Source: Spirochaetia bacterium (lineage in GTDB: Bacteria > Spirochaetota > Spirochaetia > UBA9216). Taken from it: a DNA stretch of 64,000 nt. Positions 20,230-30,441 of the stretch are shown in pieces; the stretch's first letter is position 1, and every line of letters starts with the position of its first letter. Where the stretch lies: NCBI GenBank assembly GCA_965140585.1, contig OZ223272.1, forward strand, positions 32,001 to 96,000, in the 5' to 3' direction. Below the pieces are notes generated by a model. That model was not told where the DNA came from. It saw only the letters and a list, made by a program, of their open reading frames with translations, and made no database searches. The position numbers were made by a program, and so were the translations under genes.

Positions 20230-20470
20230 GTATTCAAAGCCACACCAGCTATCAAGGTATGAAAAATCTGCAATCCATAGTTTGTTCGGTCGAGTAGCTT
20301 AAAATTTCCGATTATCCAGATCCAATGGACGATCAGCTTTTTTATCTGGAATTGTCGTTCTGACACACTTGCCACGAATAACTCCCCTTACTCCAAGGTC
20401 TTTCATAAAACGCGCTACTGTGCATCTGGCGGCATCATGCAACTTACGGTTCAGCTGTCTCCAAACAGTA
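20230..20470 (-). mobile_element. IS3-family (IS51-like) OrfB transposase remnant
   Basis: Manual translation: VWRQLNR..AARCTVARFMKDLGVRGVIRG..RTT..RPLDLDNRKF*ATRPNKLWIADFSY..WCGF, with an internal stop. Confidence 0.85.
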
Positions 20471-20630
20471 TATGGACTTCAAACAATTTACAAATTATTG
20501 TAATGCTGGCATTTACTTCGTTACCCGAATAGAGAAAAGAATGCAGTAATGACTCAGATCTGGACAGCTATGATAATATATGAATCTGCTTAGAACATTT
20601 TTTAATATCGTTTGAATCAAGACAAAGGCA

Positions 20631-20981
20631 GTGAGTATCGCTACTTTTGTCTTTGTAAGTCTCAGTGCGGCAGTGATGCTGAAATCCAATTCTCAAACCT
20701 TCCCCTGGGTAAACTGGTGGCTGATGCTTGCTGCAACCCTGGCTGTATATATGGGGACCGCCGGGTTTAATACTCATTTTAATTTTCTGCACGGTGTCAA
20801 CAGGCGGGAAAACAACTTCGAAGCAGAAAAAGTACTTCTCCATAATGTAGTCTCTCCAGCCCGAGCTTTTTATACCTCGGTAGTTTTATTTCTAATTGCT
20901 GTACTAATATTTATGTTTTTTCAGATAAATAAAAGGGGGTTTTCATCAGTGACAAAGGGGGCTTTATGGGCTCCATCCTGA
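20631..20981 (+). pseudogene. Fragment of a UbiA/MenA-like prenyltransferase
   Basis: LMLAATLAVYMGTAGFNTHFNFLHGVNR resembles the degenerate first Asp-rich UbiA motif; only 116 aa. Confidence 0.5.
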
Positions 20982-21060
20982 TAATATACCTGCTTGGAAC
21001 ACTTGCTTTGAGCTATCCGATGATGCTCAAGCTTTTGTCCTGATTTCAGATGTCTATAAT

Positions 21061-21285
21061 TTAACCTCCGCCTATAAGCGGGAAAATAGATAATGTGTCA
21101 TTTTCTTTAAGATGGTGTTCAAGGTTGACTCTGATTCCATTAAGAAAAATGATTGCCGCATCCTCTTCGGCAATGCCGAGCAGTCTTACTGCAGTTTTTA
21201 TATCTGCATTTTCGGGTAGAATTTGTAATTGTTCTTTCTCCTGATTGATTCGGAGAGTGGCGAATAATTTCACTTTAATCTGCAT
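21061..21285 (-). CDS. MoaD/ThiS sulfur-carrier protein
   Basis: MQIKVKLFATLR...DTLSIFPLIGGG with C-terminal GG; start reassigned to ATG 21285. Confidence 0.88.
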   Translation of the reverse strand: MQIKVKLFATLRINQEKEQLQILPENADIKTAVRLLGIAEEDAAIIFLNGIRVNLEHHLKENDTLSIFPLIGGG

Positions 21286-21619
21286 CAGAAAGCCTCTTCT
21301 TAATCTTGAAATTAGCACTATTCCCCTGATTTTTCCCATAAAATCCAAATGCAATCCGATAGGGCCCCGGACAGCCGGGAGGGAGAAGAGCCACTCTATC
21401 TCCAGGATGGATATGATATTCCAGGGCCTGGACAAAGCCGTTTACAAATATTACCTCTATCTCATTCGGTGAGATCTCAAGCTTGTCAACCAATTCTAAA
21501 CCTGTGATCGCTTTTTCTATATCAAGATATAAAGGGATAGTTCCGTACTTTTTTTTTATGTATGAATAAAGATGCAGGAATCCTCTTATTTCAATCATTC
21601 TATTGCTGCGCATTGCCAA
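21275..21619 (-). CDS. MoaD/ThiS-like ubiquitin-fold protein lacking terminal GG
   Basis: IFVNG...IHPGDRVALLPPGCPGPYR. Confidence 0.75.
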   Translation of the reverse strand: MAMRSNRMIEIRGFLHLYSYIKKKYGTIPLYLDIEKAITGLELVDKLEISPNEIEVIFVNGFVQALEYHIHPGDRVALLPPGCPGPYRIAFGFYGKNQGNSANFKIKKRLSDAD

Positions 21620-21680
21620 CGGCTTAAGCCTCCATGCAGGTTGCGACTCGAATTCATCAAAGTCTGTTCATTCAATTGAT

Positions 21681-21710
21681 AAATCAGCCGGGTAACAGCC
21701 CGGCTGATTT
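21681..21710 (-). terminator. Hairpin after aor
   Basis: AAATCAGCCGGG-TAACAG-CCCGGCTGATTT. Confidence 0.65.
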
Positions 21711-21732
21711 CTGGTTGCTTCTTTCTATGATG

Positions 21733-23472
21733 TCAGAAATTATAGACTTCGTCTATTTCTTCAGGAGTAAAATCCCAGACAGCATTGTGCGGGGGCACCG
21801 GTTCATATTCAAAGAACTCAGGCAGTCGATCATGGGCATTGGTGAAACCGGCCTTTTTGTTAAAATTACGTTCGACTTTAAGAACGGATTCACCTAGCTT
21901 GTCTACATCTGCCGAAGTCAATGAAATTCCGTATTGTGCATTTATCATATCGATCAGCGCCTGATATCCGCCGGGATTATCAGCTATACCAAAGTATACA
22001 AATAAGCACATACCGGTGCTGTCGACTGCCGCGGTCCCTATTTGCATGGCTCGGGCGTATTCAACTTGTCCGTCTTTCTTCAGCGGGTCAATATCAGCTC
22101 CGACTTTTAATATATTACCTGAAATACAGTACCCTGCAGTATGATCAGCTCCCATTGGAGTCGTTGCATATGTTAAGCCTATGCCCTTTACGGAACGGGG
22201 GTCATAGGCCGGTATTGCCTGGCCTTTTACTGTCGGGACTCTGTATAAACCGCATAATTTCCCTACGGCTTCACATCCTCCGCCTATAATCCTTGCAAGC
22301 GGCGTCGGTTCCGCCATTTGTTTGACAATTTCCAGAGCAGCCTTTCCGTCGCCCCACGGCAGCAAGCCTCCTTCCATAGCAGTGGCGATTGCAACTGCAG
22401 TCTCAATACTGTCTATTCCTATATCATCCATGGCCTGATCCATGTAAGCGATATCGTCCAGATCTTTAATTCCGGCATCTGCACCCAGGCCCCAGATTGT
22501 TTCATATTCGAATCCGCTTGTAATGTACTTGCCTTGTTTGTCGGGATACCACTGAGAGCACCTGATTATACATCCGTTATGGCATCCGTGAGAAACCTTG
22601 CCGTCGCCTCCGCGTTCGCTAATTGTAGCATTTAATGTTTCACCGCAAATGTTATCATTGTGTTCTATTCGGCCTTCCGTAAAGTTTTTAGCCGGAAGTC
22701 CGCCGGCTTCATTAAGAATATTAACTAGAACATCTGTTCCGTATGCGGCAAGGCCCTGACCGGCTACCGGGTGGTCCATAAGAGCTTTTGCAAATATTTT
22801 CGAAGCGGCTCTAAATTTTTCCGGATCTGCAACAGGAACTTTTTGTGCACCTTCAGCATCGAAAACTACAGCTTTTACTTTCTTTGAACCAAGAACTGCG
22901 CCAAGACCTCCTCGGCCGGCACTTCGAATATTTCCGTCCGGATCTTTAAACGAAATATTTGCGGCCGGCAGTCTGTATTCTCCCGCAGGTCCGGCTAAAC
23001 CGATACCGACCTTTTTGCCGTATTTTTCACTTAATATTTTGATAGCCTCATAGTTACCGCAGCCGTTTAGAATTTCAGCCGGAGATTCTTCAATTGTAAC
23101 GCCTTCCATGTCGATTTTTATAATATAGAACTGGTCGCCGTCGGGCATGCCTTCAATTATTAGAGCCCGGATGCCCATCTTTGCCATTTGCTGTGACACG
23201 ACACCGCCGGTATTGCATTCTTTTATAGTGCCGGTTAATGGACTCTTTGCTCCGACGGAAAGACGTCCTGAGTTTGGTGCGGATGTTCCGCTGAGCAGGC
23301 CAGGAGCAAATATCAGCTTGTTATTTCTGCCCAGAGGATGGCAAGTCGGTTTTACCTCGTCATTTACGAAATTGGAAGTCAGCGCTCTGCCGCCGAAACC
23401 TGAATATTTTTCAGGTACCGGTTCAATAACCGACTCTCTTGTTGTCATGTTTACTCTGATAAATTTGTTCAT
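21733..23472 (-). CDS. aor: Aldehyde:ferredoxin oxidoreductase (tungstopterin AOR family)
   Basis: GAKSPLTGTIKE, AGRGGLGAVLGSKKVKA, CxxGCIIRC, EYETIW, YDPR, GADHT, DSTGMCLF. Confidence 0.92.
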   Translation of the reverse strand: MNKFIRVNMTTRESVIEPVPEKYSGFGGRALTSNFVNDEVKPTCHPLGRNNKLIFAPGLLSGTSAPNSGRLSVGAKSPLTGTIKECNTGGVVSQQMAKMGIRALIIEGMPDGDQFYIIKIDMEGVTIEESPAEILNGCGNYEAIKILSEKYGKKVGIGLAGPAGEYRLPAANISFKDPDGNIRSAGRGGLGAVLGSKKVKAVVFDAEGAQKVPVADPEKFRAASKIFAKALMDHPVAGQGLAAYGTDVLVNILNEAGGLPAKNFTEGRIEHNDNICGETLNATISERGGDGKVSHGCHNGCIIRCSQWYPDKQGKYITSGFEYETIWGLGADAGIKDLDDIAYMDQAMDDIGIDSIETAVAIATAMEGGLLPWGDGKAALEIVKQMAEPTPLARIIGGGCEAVGKLCGLYRVPTVKGQAIPAYDPRSVKGIGLTYATTPMGADHTAGYCISGNILKVGADIDPLKKDGQVEYARAMQIGTAAVDSTGMCLFVYFGIADNPGGYQALIDMINAQYGISLTSADVDKLGESVLKVERNFNKKAGFTNAHDRLPEFFEYEPVPPHNAVWDFTPEEIDEVYNF

Positions 23473-23517
23473 ACGTTACCTCAATATGTTCCTTTTTTTG
23501 TCGTTGCTGTAATAAGA

Positions 23518-23532
23518 GCAATAATGAGGCCA
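23518..23532 (-). promoter_or_regulatory. Sigma-54 promoter of aor
   Basis: TGGCCTCATTATTGC matches the -24/-12 consensus TGGC-N7-TTGC. Confidence 0.8.
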
Positions 23533-23648
23533 AGTATGGTGAAGCAGTCATATCTCATGTATAATTACTTTTTTATGTGGTTTTTGGCATTAATATCTGT
23601 AAATTTAGTAGAATTCAGAGAAAATTTTTAACCGTTTTCTGCAAATAG

Positions 23649-23716
23649 TGTTCCATACTGGAATAGTTCTTAGTGTTTAGCTGTATCGTATTGGAACAGT
23701 GTTCCATTTAGGCGCA
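23649..23716. promoter_or_regulatory. Three putative enhancer (UAS) sites, TGT-N11-ACA type
   Basis: TGTTCCATACTGGAATA, TGTATCGTATTGGAACA and TGTTCCATTTAGGCGCA, about 120-180 bp upstream of the sigma-54 promoter. Confidence 0.6.
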
Positions 23717-25609
23717 GATTATTCCATAGTTTTTAATCTTACGATACAATGTATTGCGGCCGATTCTGAGATGCCTGGCGGAAATTGTTATGTTATAATT
23801 ATTTTCTTCAAGTACTCGTTTGATATGTTGCTCCTCCACTTCGTCCAGAGTTTCAGGCTGAACGTCCTGAACCTGTTTTTCGATATTAATGTCTTGATCT
23901 GAATGAATCGCGGAAAACGAAAGCGGTATTTTTTCGGAGTTTATCATCAGTTCAATAACATTTTCCAGCTCACGGATATTCCCGGGCCAGCTGTAATTAC
24001 AAAATCTGTTCATCTGTTCAGGTGAGATTGTTATTTCACGTTTATTGATTTTCTTAGATATTTTTTTGCTGTAGTAATCTATCAGTAACGGAATATCTTC
24101 CCTGCGTTCCCTTAATCCCGGGAGTTTGATTGGGAGTACATTTAATCTGTAAAATAAATCTTTTCTGAAAAAGCCGTCCTGGATTTCAGTTTCTAAATCT
24201 TTATTTTTTGCGGCAATTATTCTGACGTTAATCGGAATGTTCTCATTTCCTCCGAGCCTGGTGACGACTCCATCTTCTATAACCCTCAGGAGCTTGACCT
24301 GCATATCAAGCGGCATCTCGCCTATTTCATCCAGAAACAATGTTCCTCCGTCGGCGATTTCAAATTTGCCGGCTTGACCGCCTTTTCGTGCACCGGTGAA
24401 AGCTCCGTCATTGTATCCGAATAATTCGGACTCGATTAGGGTCCTTTGGATGGCTCCGCAATTTAAAACAACGAATGTTTCCTCTTTTCTCAAGCTATAA
24501 TTATGAATTGACTGATCTAAAATTTCTTTCCCGGTACCGCTTTCGCCTGTAATAAGAATAGTCGAATTGCTGTCGGCAACTTTTTTTGTAAAATCTATTG
24601 CCTCGGTGAAGGCCTTTGATACTCCGGCCATTTTTTCAAATGTATATATTGCTTTGCGTCCGATAATATCGTTTGCATGCTTCCTGACCCGTCTGACATC
24701 TTTAACAGTAATAATTATCGCAGATACAGAGCCGTCGGTATACGTAACCGGGTATGCGCTTACATTAAAATAGATATTATTTTTCTTTGTATTCAACAAC
24801 AGATCTCTGTTCAGAAAATCTTCTCTTGAAATTGCAGCCTTTTTAATTTCTTCCTATGCAGGAATAACTGATGAAACAGAATGAGTTAACAGAAAACTTT
24901 TATCTGTAGCCAGTAGATTCTGATTTTGAGAGTTTGCAGTTAGTATTTCTCCGCCAAGGCTGCATGAGAGTATTCCAGCCTGAATTGAGTCCATCAGTTT
25001 TTCAATGAAAAGATTATTGTGCATCAACTTGTCGTTGTTTTTTTTTAATTTTAAAGTTTTTTCAATTGCATTGACTGCGGCAATAACCATTCCCAGTGTA
25101 TAGCTGTTTACATTTTTTATATTGCCTGTAAGATCAAGTGCGCCTATTATTTCTCCGTCGGAATCTCTTATGGGAGCTCCGGAACATGTTCAGCGGTGAT
25201 ACGGCTTTATAAAATGCTCTTTTCCGGAAACCTGTACAGGAAAGCATTCAACCAGTGCGGTTCCCATGGCATTGGTGCCGATACTTTTCTCATCCATAAA
25301 TGCACCCGGCACCATCTTCAACGCGAAGGCATCCTCAAGAATATCATCATCGCCGACAACACTCAGAATACAGCCTTCTTCATCAGTCAGAATGGAAAAG
25401 AAGCTTGTGCCTTTAAGAAAGTTGCAAAGTTGCCCGATAAAAGGTTCGGCAACTAAAATAAGATTTCTTTTTTTCTGAAGACATTCTTCAAGTTCTTTGC
25501 CTTTAAGTATTCTTTTACTGTATATACGCTCTGAATCAAGTCAGTATTCTATGCATCTGGAAAACGAGGGTGATATATAATCATTCTTTACTGATTGCTC
25601 CATGTTCAT
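23708..25609 (-). pseudogene. Sigma-54 activator (AcoR-like GAF-PAS-AAA+-HTH) with three in-frame stops
   Basis: Single frame with stops at 25541-43 (TGA), 25190-92 (TGA, HR*TCS) and 24854-56 (TAG); GTNAMGTAL, GESGTGKE, GAFTGA and Fis HTH are retained. Confidence 0.88.
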
Positions 25610-25929
25610 AAACACTATGATACAAATAGTCAATTCTCAAATCAAGGCTGGATTATTTGATTAATAAAATAATAATATACTGTTGATAAATATTACCTGA
25701 TATGAAACAAACGGCGTGTTAAATAGAGTCAGGAGGCATTATGTCGCTTTATACAGCAGTAATGACTTTTGCCCTGATTATGGATGATAGGAATAGCTGC
25801 ATTTCTATCAATCAAAATTTTGCGAAACGTAGCAGAAACAGGACTAAAAATCCGGAAAACCGACTGGCCTTTGTACTTTGTTCCAAAGAACTGTCAGCTG
25901 TAATTGATTTGTATCAAATCACACCCATC

Positions 25930-26155
25930 AAAAATATAAAGAGTCTCTTCAAAGTACTGATTATATTGGGTGTGAAATAAAACCTTTCCCATGAAAGACT
26001 CATATCGCAGTTTCTTCAGACTGACAGGAGCTCTCGAAATATACTCTGATAGATTTACTCTTGCCTTATCTTTCAAAATATGGACCGAGTTGTCAATGCT
26101 GAATCAAGAGTTTTTCCATGACAGCAGATTTCCGGCTGCTTCTTTGTGAAATTCT
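25930..26155 (-). mobile_element. IS91-family (Y2) transposase remnant
   Basis: LLSWKNS*FSIDNSV...LSEYISRAPVSLKKLRY resembles the Y2 transposase catalytic YxxR region. Confidence 0.7.
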
Positions 26156-26366
26156 TTGATGATACTGAAAATCAACCGGGAAATATCCGCAAATAACTTT
26201 CAGTTATTCCTGAAGAAAACACATAAAGCTTTGGGAACAAGGATAATTCATGCTATCCCGTATTTATAAATGTATCTAGGTTCGCGTTTGATTCTCAGCC
26301 GCACCTTGTCGTTTGGATAGAATGAAATGAATATACACCTTACGCCTTCCTCTTGGATCATTGCTT

Positions 26367-26927
26367 TTATCGCAGGATGTACAGCAGGTTGAGGCCCGCT
26401 CCCGTCCAGTAGTCTCCCTTTCCGAATCCGCTGAATTTAAGTTCAAGGCTGAGTCCGGAGCCTTCAAAGCAGAAGAAGCTCAAGCCTATTCCTGCATCAA
26501 GATTAAAGCGGAAATCCGGAATAAGATTATCATAGAGGGTCAGATAGGGGCCGGCAGTTGCGAATAGATGAAATCTAAACAGCGGGCCCGCTGCGGCATT
26601 TAGCTGAACCGCGGGGCATAGCGGAATATACATCGGGAAGAATTCCGGAATAAACGGTCGCCGCATTGAATTGGCGCCTTCAAGGAGTAATCCGCTCTTG
26701 ATTCCAAGATCCAGGCCGAGGCATACCGGTGAATCTTCCGGGGACCTTAAAATATTGTAGTATCCGCTGATTAGAAGGCCCTCGTTCACCGACATCACGC
26801 TTGAAAAATCGCTGTACATTTCAATAGCGAGTCCGGTCCGAAGTTCAATATCATTTTGTATCCCCAGGCTGAAAAGGTTAGCGGTTCCCGCAAGCAGGAT
26901 TAGTAGTATTATTACTTTCTTTTTCAT
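26367..26927 (-). CDS. Secreted protein, possibly a small outer-membrane beta-barrel
   Basis: Signal peptide, alternating Gly/aromatic beta strands; coupled to the upstream gene. Confidence 0.6.
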   Translation of the reverse strand: MKKKVIILLILLAGTANLFSLGIQNDIELRTGLAIEMYSDFSSVMSVNEGLLISGYYNILRSPEDSPVCLGLDLGIKSGLLLEGANSMRRPFIPEFFPMYIPLCPAVQLNAAAGPLFRFHLFATAGPYLTLYDNLIPDFRFNLDAGIGLSFFCFEGSGLSLELKFSGFGKGDYWTGAGLNLLYILR

Positions 26928-28060
26928 TATTGCCCTCTCCCGTAATCCAAAAGTATTTTGATGATGTCATAATAGGTGTATGGAAAATCAAACTCACCGC
27001 TGGTCAGAATTACGGCACCTGTTCCGCTCTCCTTTGACAGGAATACTCCGGTCCTCGTGCCATCCATTCCGCCTGTATGATGTATCATGTGTTCTCCGCC
27101 GTATGTGAAACCAGTCGGCTTCCATATATAGCAGTAATCGCTGCTCTGCATCGACAGCATCAGCTCTGTCGTTTCTTCTTGAAGTATCCTTTCGCCGTTA
27201 CAGAGGCCCTTGTTGAAGAATATTGAAGCAAGTGAGGCGAAATCCCCTGATGAACAGGAAAAGAACCCCGCGGGAAAGGCTGAACCTGTATAGGCTTCAA
27301 GATCAGCATGATCGTAATCTGACGGGAATGCCATATCAGCTGCATGTTGCGGAAGCAGATTCCATCCGCCGTCTATTCCGAGAGGTTCAATGATATTGTA
27401 TTCGCAGTATTCCTCAAAGGGCATGCCCGATACCCGCTGGACAATGAGACCCGCGAGCGTAATCGCCATGTTTGAATATTCTGAAAGGCCGGCGGGGCCT
27501 TCTTCCGTGAAGTTCTTTATATCATCATACCATCTGCCGTCTTCAGAAAAATAACCTGCGCAGGCCTCCGAAAGCCCGGGAATCTGCTTTGAGGAGGGAT
27601 CATATGAAGTGAAATCTCCTTCAATTACCGTCCAGTTATCCCTTATTCCCGAGCTGTGGGTCAGCAGCATATGCATCGTTATGGCTGTGTCGGGAAAATC
27701 CGGATGCCTGACGCTGAAGGGCAGGTAATCATTGACATCACCTTGCAGATCGATTAATCCCCTCTCATAGAGCTGCATAACTGCCGTTCCGGTAATGACC
27801 TTCGTCAGCGATGCCAGCCTGAAGATCGTCTCATTATCGGTTTCATGTTCATCTTTGCTGCTGATTCGGCCGAAGGCTCTAGACCAGATTACTCCGGTCT
27901 CATCGAATATTGCTATTGATGCAGCAGATACGTGAAGCGCGTTTAAGCGGGCTTCAATTTTTTTAATAATCAGCTCGTCGCTGCTGTTAAGTCTGCATCC
28001 CTGAAAGAGCAGCAAGATGATTGCTGTAGATATCATTATAGCTATGATTTTTCTAGTCAT
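26927..28060 (-). CDS. Serine hydrolase (class C beta-lactamase / PBP-like), lipoprotein
   Basis: FRLASLTK (SxxK), LLTHSSG, YSN, HTG; QGC lipobox. Confidence 0.9.
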   Translation of the reverse strand: MTRKIIAIMISTAIILLLFQGCRLNSSDELIIKKIEARLNALHVSAASIAIFDETGVIWSRAFGRISSKDEHETDNETIFRLASLTKVITGTAVMQLYERGLIDLQGDVNDYLPFSVRHPDFPDTAITMHMLLTHSSGIRDNWTVIEGDFTSYDPSSKQIPGLSEACAGYFSEDGRWYDDIKNFTEEGPAGLSEYSNMAITLAGLIVQRVSGMPFEEYCEYNIIEPLGIDGGWNLLPQHAADMAFPSDYDHADLEAYTGSAFPAGFFSCSSGDFASLASIFFNKGLCNGERILQEETTELMLSMQSSDYCYIWKPTGFTYGGEHMIHHTGGMDGTRTGVFLSKESGTGAVILTSGEFDFPYTYYDIIKILLDYGRGQ

Positions 28061-28944
28061 CTGTTAACCTCGTCATTTTCATCTATGTATGGATAAATTT
28101 CCTCTCCGCAGATGGGCATGCGAGGCCCTAGCTCCTGTCTGAAGTACAGGGGCAGCCCCCGGGCGGTAAGGAAAGAGTTTGTAAGGGGATTGTCCTTCTG
28201 GTGGTGAATGTGAAGATGAGGTTCGCTGCTGTTTCCCGAATTACCGACGCGTCCGAGAAAATCCCCCTCTGATACATGTTCGCCCTCTTCCACGACTATT
28301 GAATCCTTCATGAAATGAGCCAGCAGAAGGTAGGTCCCGCTCTGATCCAGCTTCAGATAGATGAAGTTTCCCTTCATGTCCCGGAACTTAACCGGAAAGT
28401 CTCCTGGAGGGTGATCCGGCAGATCGTTTCTCATCTGAACGACTGTTCCCGAAACCGGTGAGACAATCTCGAGACCGTAGATCCCGTAGTCATTCAGATT
28501 GGAGCTTCCGACGGACGCGGGAAGCTTGATGATATCGTATGCCCATCGCTCTACCGGAACAACAACATGGTAGTTAGTCTCAAGGCTGTCTCCTCCCCAG
28601 CCCGTCAGAACCCTCTCGGTAAAGGGTGATCGAACCGATACCGCCGTTTCTGTTTTTTTGATATCGGCCGGAAAGGCTATACTGCCGATTCCCAGGAACC
28701 ATAGAAGAGGCCAGATTGCAATAATCGATAGAACCATAGTCAGTATTGAAAATATCTCCGGTCCGCGCCTTCGTATTATTCTCATAACGGAAATTGTGAG
28801 AAAGATTATTCCCGTTATCCCGAAAGCCTGAATAAGCCACCAGGATAAAACGGCGGGCCTTCCTCCGACAAGCAGGATTATTGCCCACAGGCAAACCATG
28901 GGGGCTGAAAGTAGTATCAGGATACCCCTGTTTCTATGAATCAT
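28057..28944 (-). CDS. Membrane-anchored M23 family metallopeptidase
   Basis: 3 N-terminal TM segments, YH....ERWAYD, YLLLAH, VGNSGNSSEPHLHIH. Confidence 0.88.
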   Translation of the reverse strand: MIHRNRGILILLSAPMVCLWAIILLVGGRPAVLSWWLIQAFGITGIIFLTISVMRIIRRRGPEIFSILTMVLSIIAIWPLLWFLGIGSIAFPADIKKTETAVSVRSPFTERVLTGWGGDSLETNYHVVVPVERWAYDIIKLPASVGSSNLNDYGIYGLEIVSPVSGTVVQMRNDLPDHPPGDFPVKFRDMKGNFIYLKLDQSGTYLLLAHFMKDSIVVEEGEHVSEGDFLGRVGNSGNSSEPHLHIHHQKDNPLTNSFLTARGLPLYFRQELGPRMPICGEEIYPYIDENDEVNR

Positions 28945-29020
28945 ATAACACTCCTCTGATTCAGATAACGGAAAGTTATCCGGAAGAAGGTGTTATGTCG
29001 TCCGAACCTATAAATCCGGA

Positions 29021-30118
29021 CTATATATTCTTAATTTTTTCTCTGTAAGCCGATGGGGTTTTACCGGTATGCTCTTTGAAGAATGAATAGAATACACTTT
29101 TTGAATTAAACCCCGCTTCAAGAGAGAGGGCCAGAACGGACAGCTGATCATAATCCCTGGAATGCATAAGCCTGATAACTTCCTCCACCCTGTATTTATT
29201 GATGAAGGAGTGAAAATTATCATTCCGTCCCTTGTTGATGATCTGAGAAAGGCTGTGAACACTCATTCCGGTCGCAGCTGCCAGATCGGGCAGAGATATG
29301 TCGTCCAGATAGGGCTTTTGGTTCTCCATGTAGGATTCTATGCGGCTCAGGAGTCTTGCTGTTTCTCCTTCTGTAAGGCGGTTCTTCCCGTATCTTTCCC
29401 CCGGAGGATTAATTATCTCCGGCTGAAGCAGGGCAAAGAAACTGACGGTTATAATGAAGGCGATCTCAATAATATCTATAACCTGATAGTTATACTGAAA
29501 TTCCGGGTTTGCGCTTTCAATGATACGCGAGACTATATCGGTAAGCGAAATGAAAATTACGAAGCATATGAGGGCGCTGAACCACAGAAGTCTTTTCCGG
29601 TTAAAATCCGAATAATATGTTTTCAGACTACCGCGGTAGGCCTTCAGCATGAAAAGGGTTTTAAAAAAGCAGAACAGCATATAGGTATAGCTTGCCGTGA
29701 ACAGGAGTCGGCTTGGAAAAAGGTAATCTTCCAGACTGCTGACGGGTGATAGAAGATTTTGAATTAATTGCACCGCCGTATAAACAAGCATGAGAGCCGA
29801 TGGCATCAGATAGAGCAAGCCTCGTCTTTCGTCCGCGAAGCCGGTAGCCGCCGAAAAATAAAGTAGAAGCAGGGGGCCTGACAGCAGAAGAAGCAGAAAA
29901 GTCAGATTAGAATAGAATATAACCGCCCATGCCTCGACATCCACCCTTCTGGTAGAAGCCATACTTAAAAGGAGAAAGGCTGATAAAGCCAGAAGGTAGG
30001 CCGAAAAATATATATTACCCCTGTTGTTTCTTTTCCTTAAAAGAAAGATTAGAGAAAGAAGCGCGGAAAGAATAATCCCTGTGAAAAGCAAATTCTGATA
30101 AAGCTCCATGAGATACAA
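29021..30118 (-). CDS. Membrane-bound AraC family regulator
   Basis: Multi-TM N-terminus; SQIIN...NFHSFINKYRV..AGFNSKSVFYSFFKEHTGKTPSAY. Confidence 0.9.
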   Translation of the reverse strand: MYLMELYQNLLFTGIILSALLSLIFLLRKRNNRGNIYFSAYLLALSAFLLLSMASTRRVDVEAWAVIFYSNLTFLLLLLSGPLLLLYFSAATGFADERRGLLYLMPSALMLVYTAVQLIQNLLSPVSSLEDYLFPSRLLFTASYTYMLFCFFKTLFMLKAYRGSLKTYYSDFNRKRLLWFSALICFVIFISLTDIVSRIIESANPEFQYNYQVIDIIEIAFIITVSFFALLQPEIINPPGERYGKNRLTEGETARLLSRIESYMENQKPYLDDISLPDLAAATGMSVHSLSQIINKGRNDNFHSFINKYRVEEVIRLMHSRDYDQLSVLALSLEAGFNSKSVFYSFFKEHTGKTPSAYREKIKNI

Positions 30119-30441
30119 TCTATATCGGAAGAAGAATTTAAATCAAGGCGGAAACATTCCATCCTTTACCTGTCTATTGATTTGTCACTCTGACTTTCAT
30201 GGTATTAATTGAGGTTTAAGTAGTAAATGAAAGATGATATGTTTCCCGCCCGGATAAAATCCCGGTTAATCGGAAGCATAGAGGTTACAGATCTATTCCC
30301 AGCCGCATTGTCATTCTTCTTACGCTACTGATCTCCATTATATAATGCTTAATTCCATAAAGGTTAATGTGACAATCGGTAATATCACATGTCGTTTAAT
30401 GCCCGGAATACTTCGTTATATTGACTCTTTCCATCCGAACT

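Noticed and set aside
20148-20375. 75-aa minus-strand ORF as a gene
   Set aside because: Off-frame reading of the IS3 remnant
21286-21435. N-terminal extension of the moaD ORF
   Set aside because: It overlaps the upstream gene; the MoaD fold starts at ATG 21285 after an AGAGG SD
24854-25543. Stop-codon recoding (Sec/Pyl or alternative code) to explain in-frame stops
   Set aside because: The stops are of mixed type (TGA, TAG, and TAA elsewhere) at probable Trp/Gly/Gln/Tyr positions, and intact genes use all three as terminators; nonsense mutation is simpler
29162-29749. 195-aa plus-strand ORF
   Set aside because: Antisense to the well-supported araC
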